Counted from the first letter of the stretch, positions 1-8,938 are shown. The stretch is DNA of 32,000 nt from Fibrobacter succinogenes subsp. succinogenes S85 (GCF_000146505.1 NC_017448.1:120001-152000); one strand, 5' to 3'. A program made the numbers and translations. The notes: generated by a model not told the origin, from the letters alone.

Positions 1-348
1 TTCGACATTGGACACATTCCATTTGCTGATATCGCCGTTGAATTGAGAATATCCGAACATGTTGCTCATGTTGGTCACGTTAGACACGTCCCACTTGCTG
101 ATATCACCATTGAATGAGGATCCGTCGAACATGTAGCTCATGTCGGTCACGTTAGACACGTCCCATTGGCTGATGTCTCCGTTGAATTTGCTTAATGCAA
201 ACATTCGGCTCATGTTTTGGACTTTAGAAACATCGATGAAATTAAGGTCGCATTTTACACCATTCTTTTTTATGGCGGCTTTAATCAACTTTTCAAGATG
301 CTCTTTGTCCTTCGCGACGACTTTTTCTTCGGTCTTTTTTGTAGCCAT
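1..348 (-). CDS. BspA-family leucine-rich-repeat protein (DUF285 repeats), N-terminal part; the gene runs off the left edge
   Basis: Absent from the ORF track because it is truncated by the window edge. Reverse-strand translation from the ATG (complement of 346-348) gives MATKKTEEKVVAKDKEHLEKLIKAAIKKNGVKCDLNFIDVSKVQNMSRMFALSKFNGDISQWDVSNVTDMSYMFDGSSFNGDISKWDVSNVTNMSNMFGYSQFNGDISKWNVSNVE. The unit FNGDIS.W.VSNVT.MS.MF recurs every 24 aa (72 bp), which is the DUF285/BspA-type LRR hallmark. 348 nt is exactly 116 codons. Confidence 0.8.
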   Translation of the reverse strand, partial: MATKKTEEKVVAKDKEHLEKLIKAAIKKNGVKCDLNFIDVSKVQNMSRMFALSKFNGDISQWDVSNVTDMSYMFDGSSFNGDISKWDVSNVTNMSNMFGYSQFNGDISKWNVSNVE

Positions 349-515
349 TGTTTAATTCTTTATTTTACCTAATGGAATATATCCTTTTTTCGTAAGAATA
401 TTATAGAATTTTGACGCACCTCGTTTTATTATCGTTCGTGAAGTGGTCTTTTGTCGAGATATTTTTGGAAATATTTTAATATAATTGCTAAGAGGAATGC
501 TTTCTATAAACATTG

Positions 516-544
516 TTGACAGAGGTATATTGTTTTTATAGATA
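516..544 (+). promoter_or_regulatory. Putative sigma70-like promoter for the nitroreductase gene
   Basis: Exact TTGACA at 516-521, 17 nt, then TAGATA at 539-544. It lies about 25 nt upstream of the ATG at 569, which is preceded by AAAGGAAAGGAG. Promoter rules for this lineage are not known to me, so this is weak. Confidence 0.25.
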
Positions 545-568
545 TACAGAAAAAGGAAAGGAGTACAT

Positions 569-1090
569 ATGTCATTTATTGATTTGGCTAGAAATCGTTT
601 CAGTTGCCGTGCTTTTAGCGAACAGGAAGTTGAACCCGAAAAACTGATGCAGGTGCTCGAAGCGGGCCGTATCGCTCCGACGGCGGTAAACGGTCAACCG
701 GTGTTTATCAAGGTTCTCCATTCTCCCGAAGCGCTCAAGAAGATTCGTGGCATCACGCGCATGGCGTATAACGCTCCTGTGGTGCTGATGGTCTGCTACG
801 ACGACAACAAGGTCTACACTCCGACGACCTACATGGACAATTTCAAAAGTGGCATTATGGATTCGAGCATTATTGCAACTTCAATGATGATGCAGGCGAC
901 CGACCTCGGACTTGCAACGCTCTGGGCACGCGGTTTCAATGCTGCTCACATTGAACATGAATTCGGTTTCGAGCCGAACATCAAGCTTGCTTGCCTTTTG
1001 GACATTGGCTATGCCGACCCGCAGAACGGAGTGCCGTCTCCTCGTCACGACGTGCGTAAGCCGATGAATGAATTTGCCGAAAAGCTTTAA
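569..1090 (+). CDS. Nitroreductase family protein (FMN-dependent)
   Basis: 173-aa ORF. The N-terminus R.S.R.F....V..E.L..VLEAGR.APTA.N.QP is typical of the nitroreductase fold. Strong RBS AAAGGAAAGGAG lies 5 nt upstream of the ATG. Confidence 0.85.
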   Translation: MSFIDLARNRFSCRAFSEQEVEPEKLMQVLEAGRIAPTAVNGQPVFIKVLHSPEALKKIRGITRMAYNAPVVLMVCYDDNKVYTPTTYMDNFKSGIMDSSIIATSMMMQATDLGLATLWARGFNAAHIEHEFGFEPNIKLACLLDIGYADPQNGVPSPRHDVRKPMNEFAEKL

Positions 1091-1122
1091 TACAGGCAAA
1101 AATTTGCAATTATAGAGGGGGT

Positions 1123-2706
1123 ATGAATAAGCTAAAGTACTTGTTGCCTTTGGTTGTTTTTGGCGTGTTTTCTTGTTCGGGGAAACAGCCTCAAGTTGAA
1201 GGGCGTTCGAATGCTTTGGCTTCGCCCCGGAGCATCGTAGTTGTTTACGAAAACGACGTCCATTGCCAAATGGATGGCTATGCAAAATTTGCGGGTCTTC
1301 GCGATGCGATTGCTGATACGGCTGATGTCTTGACTGTTTCGTCTGGTGATTTTTTGCAGGGCGGTGCGATGGGGAGCATTTCTCGTGGCGGCTATGTTGT
1401 AGCGCTCATGAATGCTGTCGGTTACGATGTCGTGACGCTTGGTAACCATGAATTTGATTATAAGATTCCGCGCTTGATGGAACTTTCTGATTCCATGAAC
1501 GCAGCAATCGTTTGTGTGAACCTTGTGCAGAAAGGAACTTCGACGCCGCTGTTCAAGCCCTACGTTTTAAGGCAGGTTGGCTCCAAGAAAATTGCTTTTG
1601 TCGGAGTGCTGACTCCGCAAACTTTAGTGGGGGAGTCTTACGCATTTACGGATGATTCGTTAAAGACTTTGTACGATATTCCTGCGGAGAAAATTTTCAA
1701 TCTCGTGCAGTCGGCGGTTGATGATGCGCGTAAAGCAGGTGCTGATTATGTGATTTTGCTTTCGCATTTGGGGCTCGTGCCGCCGGTGAGTTCCGTTGAG
1801 GTTGTTCAGAAAACGACGGGGATTGACGCTGTGCTGGACGGACATTCGCATAGCGTTGTTAATGAAGAATTTGTTTTAAATTCTAATGGCGATAGCGTTC
1901 TTTTGTCGCAGACGGGAACGAAATTCCAGAATGTCGGCGTGCTGGATATTACTCGCAACGGAAAATTCCACTCACGCTTGATTCCGATGGATAGCGTCGT
2001 TGCAGTGAACCAGAAAGTCGCAGCAGCACACGATAGCTTGCGTTCTTTGACAGCCGCCGATTTACAGAAGGTTGTCTCGAATACGAAATTTGAATTGACG
2101 ATTAATAGCGATGACGGAAAACGTTTGGTTCGCAAGGGCGAAACGAACTTGGGCGATTTGGCGGCGGATGCCATGCGCTTTTCAGTAGGGGCGCAAATTG
2201 GAATTGAAAATGGCGGGAGTGTACGTGTGACGATTCCTGCGGGCGATGTGAAATATCAAGATGTTCTGAACGTGATGCCCTTTGGAAATGGCATGTGCTT
2301 GATTCGTGCGACCGGGCGTCAAATTAAGGATGCTCTTGCACAAGGGGCTTCGAAATTGCCTGAGGAATCTGGTGGATTCTTGCACGTTTCGGGACTCCGC
2401 TATACGGCTGTCGTTGATACGAAAAATGATGGTGATGCGGCGCAAGTACGCATTGAAAATGTGCAGGTAGAGACGGAAAACGGCTTTGTTGCCATTGACG
2501 AGAACGCATTATATACGGTCGGTTTGTCGTCTTATGTGGCGTATGAGGGCGGTGAAATTACAGCCTTCCGCGAAAGCGAAATAGTTCTTGACAAGGTGAT
2601 GACCGATAGCGATGCTATGGTGAAATTCTTGAAAAGCTTGGGCGACGAAATCCCTGAGACTTATCGCAAGTCCCAGGGACGAATTCAGGTGAAATACGTT
2701 CGGTAA
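1123..2706 (+). CDS. Bifunctional metallophosphatase/5'-nucleotidase (UshA-like), probable lipoprotein
   Basis: 527 aa. Signal peptide with a lipobox-like VFGVFSC. Calcineurin-like phosphoesterase motifs are present (DVH.., SGDFLQG, GNHEFDY, LSHLG, GHSH), followed by a 5'-nucleotidase C-terminal-like half. RBS is AGAGGGGG. Confidence 0.85.
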   Translation: MNKLKYLLPLVVFGVFSCSGKQPQVEGRSNALASPRSIVVVYENDVHCQMDGYAKFAGLRDAIADTADVLTVSSGDFLQGGAMGSISRGGYVVALMNAVGYDVVTLGNHEFDYKIPRLMELSDSMNAAIVCVNLVQKGTSTPLFKPYVLRQVGSKKIAFVGVLTPQTLVGESYAFTDDSLKTLYDIPAEKIFNLVQSAVDDARKAGADYVILLSHLGLVPPVSSVEVVQKTTGIDAVLDGHSHSVVNEEFVLNSNGDSVLLSQTGTKFQNVGVLDITRNGKFHSRLIPMDSVVAVNQKVAAAHDSLRSLTAADLQKVVSNTKFELTINSDDGKRLVRKGETNLGDLAADAMRFSVGAQIGIENGGSVRVTIPAGDVKYQDVLNVMPFGNGMCLIRATGRQIKDALAQGASKLPEESGGFLHVSGLRYTAVVDTKNDGDAAQVRIENVQVETENGFVAIDENALYTVGLSSYVAYEGGEITAFRESEIVLDKVMTDSDAMVKFLKSLGDEIPETYRKSQGRIQVKYVR

Positions 2707-2779
2707 GAAAAATGCCCCTTTTAATGTGTTCTGCAAATTTTTATCTTTGCTTTTGTAAAACTTAAAAAAGGATAGAATC

Positions 2780-4222
2780 ATGCGTGATCAATTCGAAAGC
2801 CCGCTTATCAAGCGTTATGCTAGCAAGGAAATGAGTTTCATCTTCAGCCCGCAGTACAAGTTCCAGACTTGGCGCAAGCTGTGGATTTATCTCGCCGAAT
2901 CCGAAATGGAACTCGGCCTTCCGATTACGCAGGAACAGGTGGACGAACTGAAGTCTCACGAAAAGGACATCAACTTCGAAGTCGCCGAAGAAGAAGAAAA
3001 GCGCCGCCGTCACGATGTGATGAGCCACGTTTACGCTTACGGCGTGCAGTGCCCGAAGGCTAAGGGCATCATCCACCTCGGTGCAACGTCTGCATTCGTG
3101 GGCGACAACACCGACCTTATCCAGATGCAGCAGGCTATGATCCTCGTGCGCAAGCGTCTTTGCCGCGTGATGGACAAGCTTTCCAAGTTTGCTATGGAAT
3201 ACAAGGACATGGCTCAGCTCGGTGCAACGCACTTCCAGGCCGCTCAGCTCACGACTGTTGGTAAGCGCGCTTGCCTCTGGCTCCAGGACATGCTCATTGA
3301 CCTCGAAGAATTGAACTTCCTCATTGAAGTGCTTCCGTTCCGCGGCGTGAAGGGTACGACCGGTACGCAGGCTAGCTTCATGGACTTGTTCAACGGCGAC
3401 GAAGAAAAGATTATGGAACTCGACCGCCGCGTGACCGCCAAGGCTGGCTTCAAGCGCGTGCTCACCATCACCGGTCAGACCTACACTCGTAAGTGGGACA
3501 ACCGCGTGAACCAGGTGCTCAGCTCCATTGCTCAGAGTTTGCACAAGTTCGCTACTGACATGCGCCTTATGCAGGGCGTGAAGGAAGTCGAAGAACCGTT
3601 CGAAAAGACTCAGATTGGTTCCTCTGCCATGGCTTACAAGCGTAACCCGATGCGCAGCGAACGCATTTGCTCCCTTGCCCGTTTCGTGATGGCCCAGGTG
3701 AATAGCACCGCCTTCACGCAGGCAACGCAGTGGTTCGAACGCACACTCGACGATAGCGCCAACAAGCGCTTGGCAATTCCTGAAGCATTCCTCGCTATGG
3801 ACGCCATGCTCATCATCGCTGAAAACGTCACGAACGGTCTCGTCGTTTATCCGAAGGTCATTGAAAAGCGCATCATGGCTGAACTCCCGTTCATGGCTAC
3901 CGAAAACATCATCATGGAAGGCGTGAAGAATGGCGGCGACCGTCAGGAACTCCACGAAGAAATCCGCGTGATGTCCATGGAAGCGGGCAAGGTCGTGAAG
4001 GAACAGGGTAAAGACAACGACTTGCTCGAACGCGTGCTGAAGAACGAAAAGTTCCAGAAGCTCGGCATCACCGAAGCTAAGCTTAAGGAAATCCTCGACC
4101 TCCGCAAGTTCGTGGGTCGCGCTCCTGGTCAGGTCGTGAAGTTCGTGACTGAAGAAGTCCGCCCGGCTATCGAAGCAATCCCGGCATGGGATTCTATTGA
4201 TGCAGGTGAATTGAAAGTCTAA
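2780..4222 (+). CDS. purB: Adenylosuccinate lyase, long ADSL-like form
   Basis: 480 aa. Carries the fumarate-lyase signature [15 protein letters not shown], plus SPL..RYAS.EM...FS...KF.TWR.LW and [12 protein letters not shown]. From memory, collinear similarity to animal ADSL runs over the whole length. Confidence 0.93.
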   Translation: MRDQFESPLIKRYASKEMSFIFSPQYKFQTWRKLWIYLAESEMELGLPITQEQVDELKSHEKDINFEVAEEEEKRRRHDVMSHVYAYGVQCPKAKGIIHLGATSAFVGDNTDLIQMQQAMILVRKRLCRVMDKLSKFAMEYKDMAQLGATHFQAAQLTTVGKRACLWLQDMLIDLEELNFLIEVLPFRGVKGTTGTQASFMDLFNGDEEKIMELDRRVTAKAGFKRVLTITGQTYTRKWDNRVNQVLSSIAQSLHKFATDMRLMQGVKEVEEPFEKTQIGSSAMAYKRNPMRSERICSLARFVMAQVNSTAFTQATQWFERTLDDSANKRLAIPEAFLAMDAMLIIAENVTNGLVVYPKVIEKRIMAELPFMATENIIMEGVKNGGDRQELHEEIRVMSMEAGKVVKEQGKDNDLLERVLKNEKFQKLGITEAKLKEILDLRKFVGRAPGQVVKFVTEEVRPAIEAIPAWDSIDAGELKV

Positions 4223-4393
4223 TTTGCCTTATTGCCGTCGCGATACGGCATCACCGCGACTCTCGACGTACGACTTGTACGCCTTCGGTCGCGGATTCTT
4301 TGTCTCGCTAGGCACTAAGTCAAATTAGTCGTTTGTGAACTGTTCGCGCCTCGTCTTGCTTGATTCTAAAGCAATTTTGGCGATTTTGTGAAT

Positions 4394-4426
4394 TTACCCC
4401 ATTTTCTTGATGGGGTAATTTTTTTT
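4394..4426 (+). terminator. Rho-independent terminator downstream of purB
   Basis: 9-bp stem TTACCCCAT/ATGGGGTAA, 7-nt loop, then T8 (4419-4426). Confidence 0.75.
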
Positions 4427-4490
4427 ACGTTAAGTTGTGTATTTGGGGGAACGAATAAAAGTATTTTAATGATATTCATGAGGAAATGTA

Positions 4491-5012
4491 ATGAGCAAAA
4501 AATGGATAATTCTTATTATAGCGATACCTTTGCTTGCATATTATATCTACGACTGTTTCTCGTATAAGCCTCCCAAAACGGATTTTGTTATTTACCGGGA
4601 TATAGGTTCTTATGCTCGCTACGACATGTCTTCTTTGGATGATAGCTTTGACAACATTATTTCGTACTCCATAAATTCTCTTGATGCAAATAGGGTTAAA
4701 CGTGGAAAGTTGAAATGGAATGATGATTCCAGCGATGCCTACATTTGCACCATCAAAGAAAACGATTGCGTTTGGGAAAAAATCGACCAAGAAAAGAGAC
4801 TTCATCTAACGAAGCTGAAAACTGCAATTAAATTTTATGTAATGGAAAAAGAAAGTAATGAAGTGCATTATTTAGATGGAGAAACATTCAACATTGAGTT
4901 CATTGATAAAAAAGAACGCTTATTCTACGTTTTGAGTATAAAGGAATTGCCGGACACCGCAGAAAAAGCAAAAGGCGTATTTGAATGGTTAGAAAAAATA
5001 ATCTATGATTAA
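4491..5012 (+). CDS. Hypothetical N-terminally membrane-anchored protein (AT-rich gene)
   Basis: 173-aa ORF with RBS GAGGAAA 5 nt upstream. N-terminal hydrophobic helix KWIILIIAIPLLAYYIY. A terminator follows directly. I recognise no family. Confidence 0.6.
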   Translation: MSKKWIILIIAIPLLAYYIYDCFSYKPPKTDFVIYRDIGSYARYDMSSLDDSFDNIISYSINSLDANRVKRGKLKWNDDSSDAYICTIKENDCVWEKIDQEKRLHLTKLKTAIKFYVMEKESNEVHYLDGETFNIEFIDKKERLFYVLSIKELPDTAEKAKGVFEWLEKIIYD

Positions 5013-5042
5013 AAAAACGAGTCCTTGCGGGCTCGTTTTTTG
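5012..5042. terminator. Bidirectional rho-independent terminator
   Basis: A7-CGAGTCC-TTGC-GGGCTCG-T6. The stem has one G-T pair and is flanked by an A-run on the left and a T-run on the right, so it can terminate both the + gene ending at 5012 and the - small ORF ending at 5061. Confidence 0.75.
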
Positions 5043-5060
5043 CATTGTAACTAAATGATG

Positions 5061-5120
5061 TTACGGCTTGAATGGCGGAATATAATCATCGCCTTCGTTA
5101 CTGCGATTATGCGGTTCCAT
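5061..5120 (-). CDS. Candidate 19-aa small ORF (MEPHNRSNEGDDYIPPFKP)
   Basis: Too short for the ORF track. On the minus strand the sequence reads AAAAAGGAAAGGAGGGTGTAT-ATG: GGAGGG, 5-nt spacer, ATG at 5120. The RBS context is nearly identical to that of the nitroreductase gene. There are 19 sense codons, a TAA at 5063-5061, then the bidirectional terminator about 20 nt downstream. Confidence 0.35.
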   Translation of the reverse strand: MEPHNRSNEGDDYIPPFKP

Positions 5121-5269
5121 ATACACCCTCCTTTCCTTTTTGGATGACGAAAATATATTTAGTTTTTCACGATTTTCCATGTGAAATCTATCACGGTGTG
5201 ATTTTGTTCACTTTTGAAAAAAGCGATTTTTTTTGTGATTTCTCCAATAAAATGGTGTATTTTACCATT

Positions 5270-6124
5270 ATGGAGAAAATTGACTTATCACAATGGACGA
5301 TGTTCAGCAATCGTCACAATTCCGAGAACTACAATAGTCCGGATGGCAAATGGATGCTGAAATTGGGTTTTCCGGGGTTTTGCTCGACGAAGGAGGAATT
5401 GCTCCGCGAGCAGGATATTTGCCGGAAAGTGGTTTCACTTGGAATCCCGACGCCACATGTGGGCGATATTGTCGAACAGGACGGTCGTTTGGGCCTGATT
5501 TACGAACGCATCGTGGGGAAACGTTCGATTTCGAAATGCGTGGGCGAAAATCCAGAACATCTTGAGGAATACATCAAGGTTTTTGCAGAACATTGCAAAA
5601 AGCTGCACTCCACGTCGTGCATTCCTGGCACGTTCCAAGATGCGGAGGAGAAGTATTCGCGCTTGATCGAAGAATCGAAGATGTTCCCTGAGAATGTCAA
5701 GGAATTTGCGCGTAACCTCATTAAAGAAACGCCAAAGGTTTCTCGTTGCGTCCATGGTGACATGCAGACGGGCAACTTGATTGTCAATGATAATGGCGCG
5801 TACTTTATCGATTTGGGCGAGTTTGCCTGCGGTAACCCGCTTTTCGATTTAGGTTGCTATTTCTATTTCTGCCATTATCTGCCGGATGATTATTTGCTGG
5901 CGGCCCACTACATGAATGCGGCGATGATGCACAAGTGTTGGGACGTGTTTGCAAAGTATTATTTTGGTGCAGATACTCCGGAGAAATTGGCGGCGGTGGA
6001 TGCTCGCGTCAAACCGTACGTGCTGTTCCCGATTCTCGATTTTGAGCATTTGATGGCCGAAGATGCAAATTTAAAATACCTGGAAATGAATTTCCAGGTA
6101 GCTCGAAAAGACTTGGGTTTGTAA
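5270..6124 (+). CDS. Phosphotransferase enzyme family protein (APH/choline-kinase-like small-molecule kinase)
   Basis: Brenner-type catalytic motif VHGDMQTGNLIV, followed by YFIDLGEF (DxG-like metal-binding loop). The track ORF starts at 5072, but its first 66 aa are low-quality. I place the start at ATG 5270 (MEKIDLSQW...). ATG 5252 is an alternative. Confidence 0.7.
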   Translation: MEKIDLSQWTMFSNRHNSENYNSPDGKWMLKLGFPGFCSTKEELLREQDICRKVVSLGIPTPHVGDIVEQDGRLGLIYERIVGKRSISKCVGENPEHLEEYIKVFAEHCKKLHSTSCIPGTFQDAEEKYSRLIEESKMFPENVKEFARNLIKETPKVSRCVHGDMQTGNLIVNDNGAYFIDLGEFACGNPLFDLGCYFYFCHYLPDDYLLAAHYMNAAMMHKCWDVFAKYYFGADTPEKLAAVDARVKPYVLFPILDFEHLMAEDANLKYLEMNFQVARKDLGL

Positions 6125-6130
6125 GCGATT

Positions 6131-7426
6131 TTACTCGCTAATTCCATAGAGCCGGTTGTGCGCAAGGCAATCGGCTAATTTTTTGTATTCCGTGACAAAC
6201 GCTTCGTGGGCGGGGGCGTCGCCGAGTGCTTTGTAGAGGGCGCTGGAGAGCGTTCCGCGTTCGAGCATTTTTCCCATGAAGCTCTGCGAGACTTCGGTGA
6301 GGTCGTTTTTCACGACGCTGTAGATGTGCTTCCAGATGTCGCCGGCGGTAACTGCGGAATCCATGCCAAATACGGAGAGGTATTCTTGCCAATCGATTTG
6401 GGCGTTTTCGGCGTCCTTCGTGGTTTTGGTGAGGAGTTCGGCGAGGCGTGTCGTGTCAAAGTTGCGCAGGAATTCGCGGTATTCCTTGAGTGTGTGCGGC
6501 ACGGAATTTGCGGCGGAGGGGGCTTCGGATGCGTTTTCGCGAGATGCCGCGAACTTGCCATTCACAATCGCCTTGAGTGTTGCTATTTCAAGCTCTACAA
6601 TGGCGATGTCGGCATTCGGGCATTCCTGAATATCGACAAGGCGGATTTCGATGGCTCCGCGGTCAAAGCGGGCGATGGCACCTCGGCTGTTCAAGAAGAA
6701 ATGATTGAGCAAGTGTTCGGTATCGTATGGGGCGATAGCCTTCTTGACCTTGTCAAAAATCATCCTGTTGTATTCGTCGTAGCTGTACGCCTGTTCCGGG
6801 ATGACTTGGCCCGTGATTTCAGGGACTTTGTCTTGGTTGTGGCGATAAACTTCGATGCGGGCGTCACGATAGCCGGTGTATTTGCCGTCGAGATACGGGC
6901 TGCTTGCGGCAATGGCGGGAATCAGCGGCAACAGCAAGCGAATTGCTGCGTGAAGCTCGCCAAATTCTTCGTCACCATCAAAAGAAAGATTCAGGTGCGT
7001 GCTTTGCAAGTTTGCCCAGCCGTGGCCCTTGCAGTTGAAAATGCGGTCGTAAGTTTGGTAAATGTCGAGGCAATCGTACGGCCAAAGTTGCATTTCTGCC
7101 GGGTCCATGAACGGATGGCAGGCGCTCGGCAAAAGCATCGCGTTGATCTTTTCAAGTTTCTTGTTTGCACGGCGAATCTCGTGGAAGAATCGCTTGCCGA
7201 GTCCGTCAAATGTGGACTTGGGGTGTGCGCACTTGAATTCCAGCACATGGCTTACGAGCTCGTTCGAAAGTCCGATATCGTCGTATTCAATGTCCGAAAG
7301 TTGATTGCCGTCTTTGTCTTTTCCGAGGGGAACATCGGCACGCGGCAGCACGTTGAGCGTGTCGCGATCGACAATCATGAATTCCATTTCAACGCCGAAG
7401 CGTTCCCAGATTTTAAAATTGCTCAT
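6131..7426 (-). CDS. GCS2-family carboxylate-amine ligase (glutamate-cysteine-ligase family 2 / YbdK-like) with C-terminal extension
   Basis: 431 aa. Motifs are FGVEMEFMIVD near the N-terminus, STHLNLSF, and SSPY.DG..TGYRDARIEVY. Its start lies 9 nt after the stop of the upstream ATP-grasp gene. Confidence 0.75.
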   Translation of the reverse strand: MSNFKIWERFGVEMEFMIVDRDTLNVLPRADVPLGKDKDGNQLSDIEYDDIGLSNELVSHVLEFKCAHPKSTFDGLGKRFFHEIRRANKKLEKINAMLLPSACHPFMDPAEMQLWPYDCLDIYQTYDRIFNCKGHGWANLQSTHLNLSFDGDEEFGELHAAIRLLLPLIPAIAASSPYLDGKYTGYRDARIEVYRHNQDKVPEITGQVIPEQAYSYDEYNRMIFDKVKKAIAPYDTEHLLNHFFLNSRGAIARFDRGAIEIRLVDIQECPNADIAIVELEIATLKAIVNGKFAASRENASEAPSAANSVPHTLKEYREFLRNFDTTRLAELLTKTTKDAENAQIDWQEYLSVFGMDSAVTAGDIWKHIYSVVKNDLTEVSQSFMGKMLERGTLSSALYKALGDAPAHEAFVTEYKKLADCLAHNRLYGISE

Positions 7427-7435
7427 GATTGACCC

Positions 7436-8938
7436 CTATAAAAACATATCCCTTTCGTGTTGGAGCACTTTCTGTTGTGCTGCGTTTTGGCGGTCTTCGA
7501 TGCGGTGGCGCAGGCTTCTCATGATGGCGAGATAAATCTTCTTTTTGCCAACTTGGTCTTCGATACCGTGGTCGATACTTGGGTTGTCATTCACTTCAAT
7601 CACGACCGGGTGACCGTTGATTTCCTTGAGGTCCACGCCGTAAAGCCCGTTACCGATAAGGCTTGCGACGCGGAGGGCCGTTTTCACGATGCCGTGCGGG
7701 ACGCTTTCAATCGGGAGGCAATCCCACTTGCCACAAACGGCGTTCTTGTCCTTGCTATCCCAGTTGTAAATTTGCCAGTGGTCCTTTGCCATGTAATATT
7801 TGCAAGCAAAGAGCGGCTTTCCGTCAAGAATGCCAATTCTCCAGTCAAATTCCGTGGGCGTAAATTCCTGTGCGATGAGCAAGTCGCTATGCTCGAACAT
7901 TGTGTCGAGAATCTTTTCGAGTTCTTCCTTGTTGTTCGCCTTTTTGACGCCCATGCTGAAGCTCGAATCCGGCGTCTTGATGACCATCGGGAATCCGATT
8001 TCTTTGGCGAGCGTGTGGCGGTTTTCGCTGTGGGCGATAATCGTCTTTGGTGCCGGAATCTTACCGACAGTCATCAGTTCTTGCAAATAAACTTTATTCG
8101 AGCAACGCAGAATGCTGTCGGGATCGTCAATGACGGCGATGCCTTCGCTCTGGGCGCGGCGTGCAAATGCGTATGTGTGGTGGTTAACGTTTGTCGTTTC
8201 GCGGATGAAGATGGCATCAAATTCACCGACGCGGTGGTAGTCCGTCTTGGTAATCATTTCCACGCGGAAACCTGTATCCTGAGCGGCTTCGATAAAGAGC
8301 TGGATGGCTTCCTTGTTGCTCGGCGGTTCCACTTCATCGGGGTTCGTTAAAATGCCGAGATCATACACGTAGTCTTCCGTCTTGGGGGAGACGTAGCGGT
8401 CTTTTTGGAAGTATTCAATGGCGAACTGGTCCACCATTTCCTTATGCGTTTCGGGAATTTCGTCAACGCTAATCGGGCGGATGGACTGGATGAACCATTT
8501 TTGCTTGAAGACAAATTTTGCACGCAGGAGCGGAGCCTGGAATACGCGGTAAAGAGCCTGCGAAAGTTCTAGGTATTGCGCACTGACGTTTTGCCCAAAG
8601 TAAATGGAAAGTACGAATTCTGTGCCGGTCAGCTTGTGAAGGCTCTTCTGGATCAGCTCGTCAATTTCATCGCTGATGATTTTCACGACTGCCGGGGCCT
8701 TAAAGTCGCGGATATTCTTGACGTTCGGGATGACCTTGTGACCGCGCGCTTCGGCAAGCAGGCTTACATAATAGCCCTTGCTCTGGTAGCTGTAGTCCTT
8801 GCACAAATTGAAAACGCGAACGTTTTTCTGTGTTGTAAATTCTGGATTAGTAAGGTAGTCTTTTGCCGAGACAATTTCGGCTTCGGGAATGTGGAACTTC
8901 CAATTCTTTGGCGTGTTCACGACAATTATCTTTTTCAT
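7436..8938 (-). CDS. RimK-like ATP-grasp ligase with a ~210-aa N-terminal RLAN-like domain
   Basis: The C-terminal half has ATP-grasp features (GFPMVIKTPDSSFSMGV, LIAQEF, GVDLKE..G.PVVIEVNDNP). The N-terminal half contains NLCKDYSYQSKGYYVSLLAEARGHKVIP, which I recognise as the RimK-like ATP-grasp N-terminal domain. The track ORF begins at TTG 8989. ATG 8938 (MKKIIVV...) is preferred, but the start is uncertain. Confidence 0.75.
   Translation of the reverse strand: MKKIIVVNTPKNWKFHIPEAEIVSAKDYLTNPEFTTQKNVRVFNLCKDYSYQSKGYYVSLLAEARGHKVIPNVKNIRDFKAPAVVKIISDEIDELIQKSLHKLTGTEFVLSIYFGQNVSAQYLELSQALYRVFQAPLLRAKFVFKQKWFIQSIRPISVDEIPETHKEMVDQFAIEYFQKDRYVSPKTEDYVYDLGILTNPDEVEPPSNKEAIQLFIEAAQDTGFRVEMITKTDYHRVGEFDAIFIRETTNVNHHTYAFARRAQSEGIAVIDDPDSILRCSNKVYLQELMTVGKIPAPKTIIAHSENRHTLAKEIGFPMVIKTPDSSFSMGVKKANNKEELEKILDTMFEHSDLLIAQEFTPTEFDWRIGILDGKPLFACKYYMAKDHWQIYNWDSKDKNAVCGKWDCLPIESVPHGIVKTALRVASLIGNGLYGVDLKEINGHPVVIEVNDNPSIDHGIEDQVGKKKIYLAIMRSLRHRIEDRQNAAQQKVLQHERDMFL

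Noticed and set aside
140-355. 71-aa + strand ORF at the left edge
   Set aside because: The opposite strand encodes unmistakable DUF285/BspA repeats starting from the ATG at 348. The + ORF is a shadow.
2762-3955. 397-aa minus-strand ORF opposite purB. Analogous shadows lie at 6206-7432, 7457-8350, 10341-11279, 11394-12200, 18751-19590, 20530-21207, 22650-23444, 23445-24017, 24504-25790 and 27801-29051.
   Set aside because: All are codon-aligned antisense frames of confidently identified genes. They are kept open by avoidance of TTA/CTA/TCA sense codons. Their compositions are His/Arg/Val/Phe-rich and they carry no recognisable motifs or translation signals.
4223-4393. Possible small RNA or REP element in the 170-nt gap between the purB stop and its terminator (nested palindromes CCGCGAC...GTCGCGG around CGTAC-GACTT-GTACG)
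   Set aside because: The hairpins are short (5-7 bp) and I recognise no conserved motif or second copy in the window. It may simply be a structured 3' UTR. It would be worth an Rfam scan, but I cannot call it.
5072-5269. 66-aa N-terminal extension of the kinase-like ORF
   Set aside because: The extension is Phe/Tyr/Cys-rich with no kinase N-lobe features. It overlaps the candidate minus-strand small ORF and its RBS, and lies in the AT-rich promoter-like region. ATG 5270 gives a protein of normal APH-family length.
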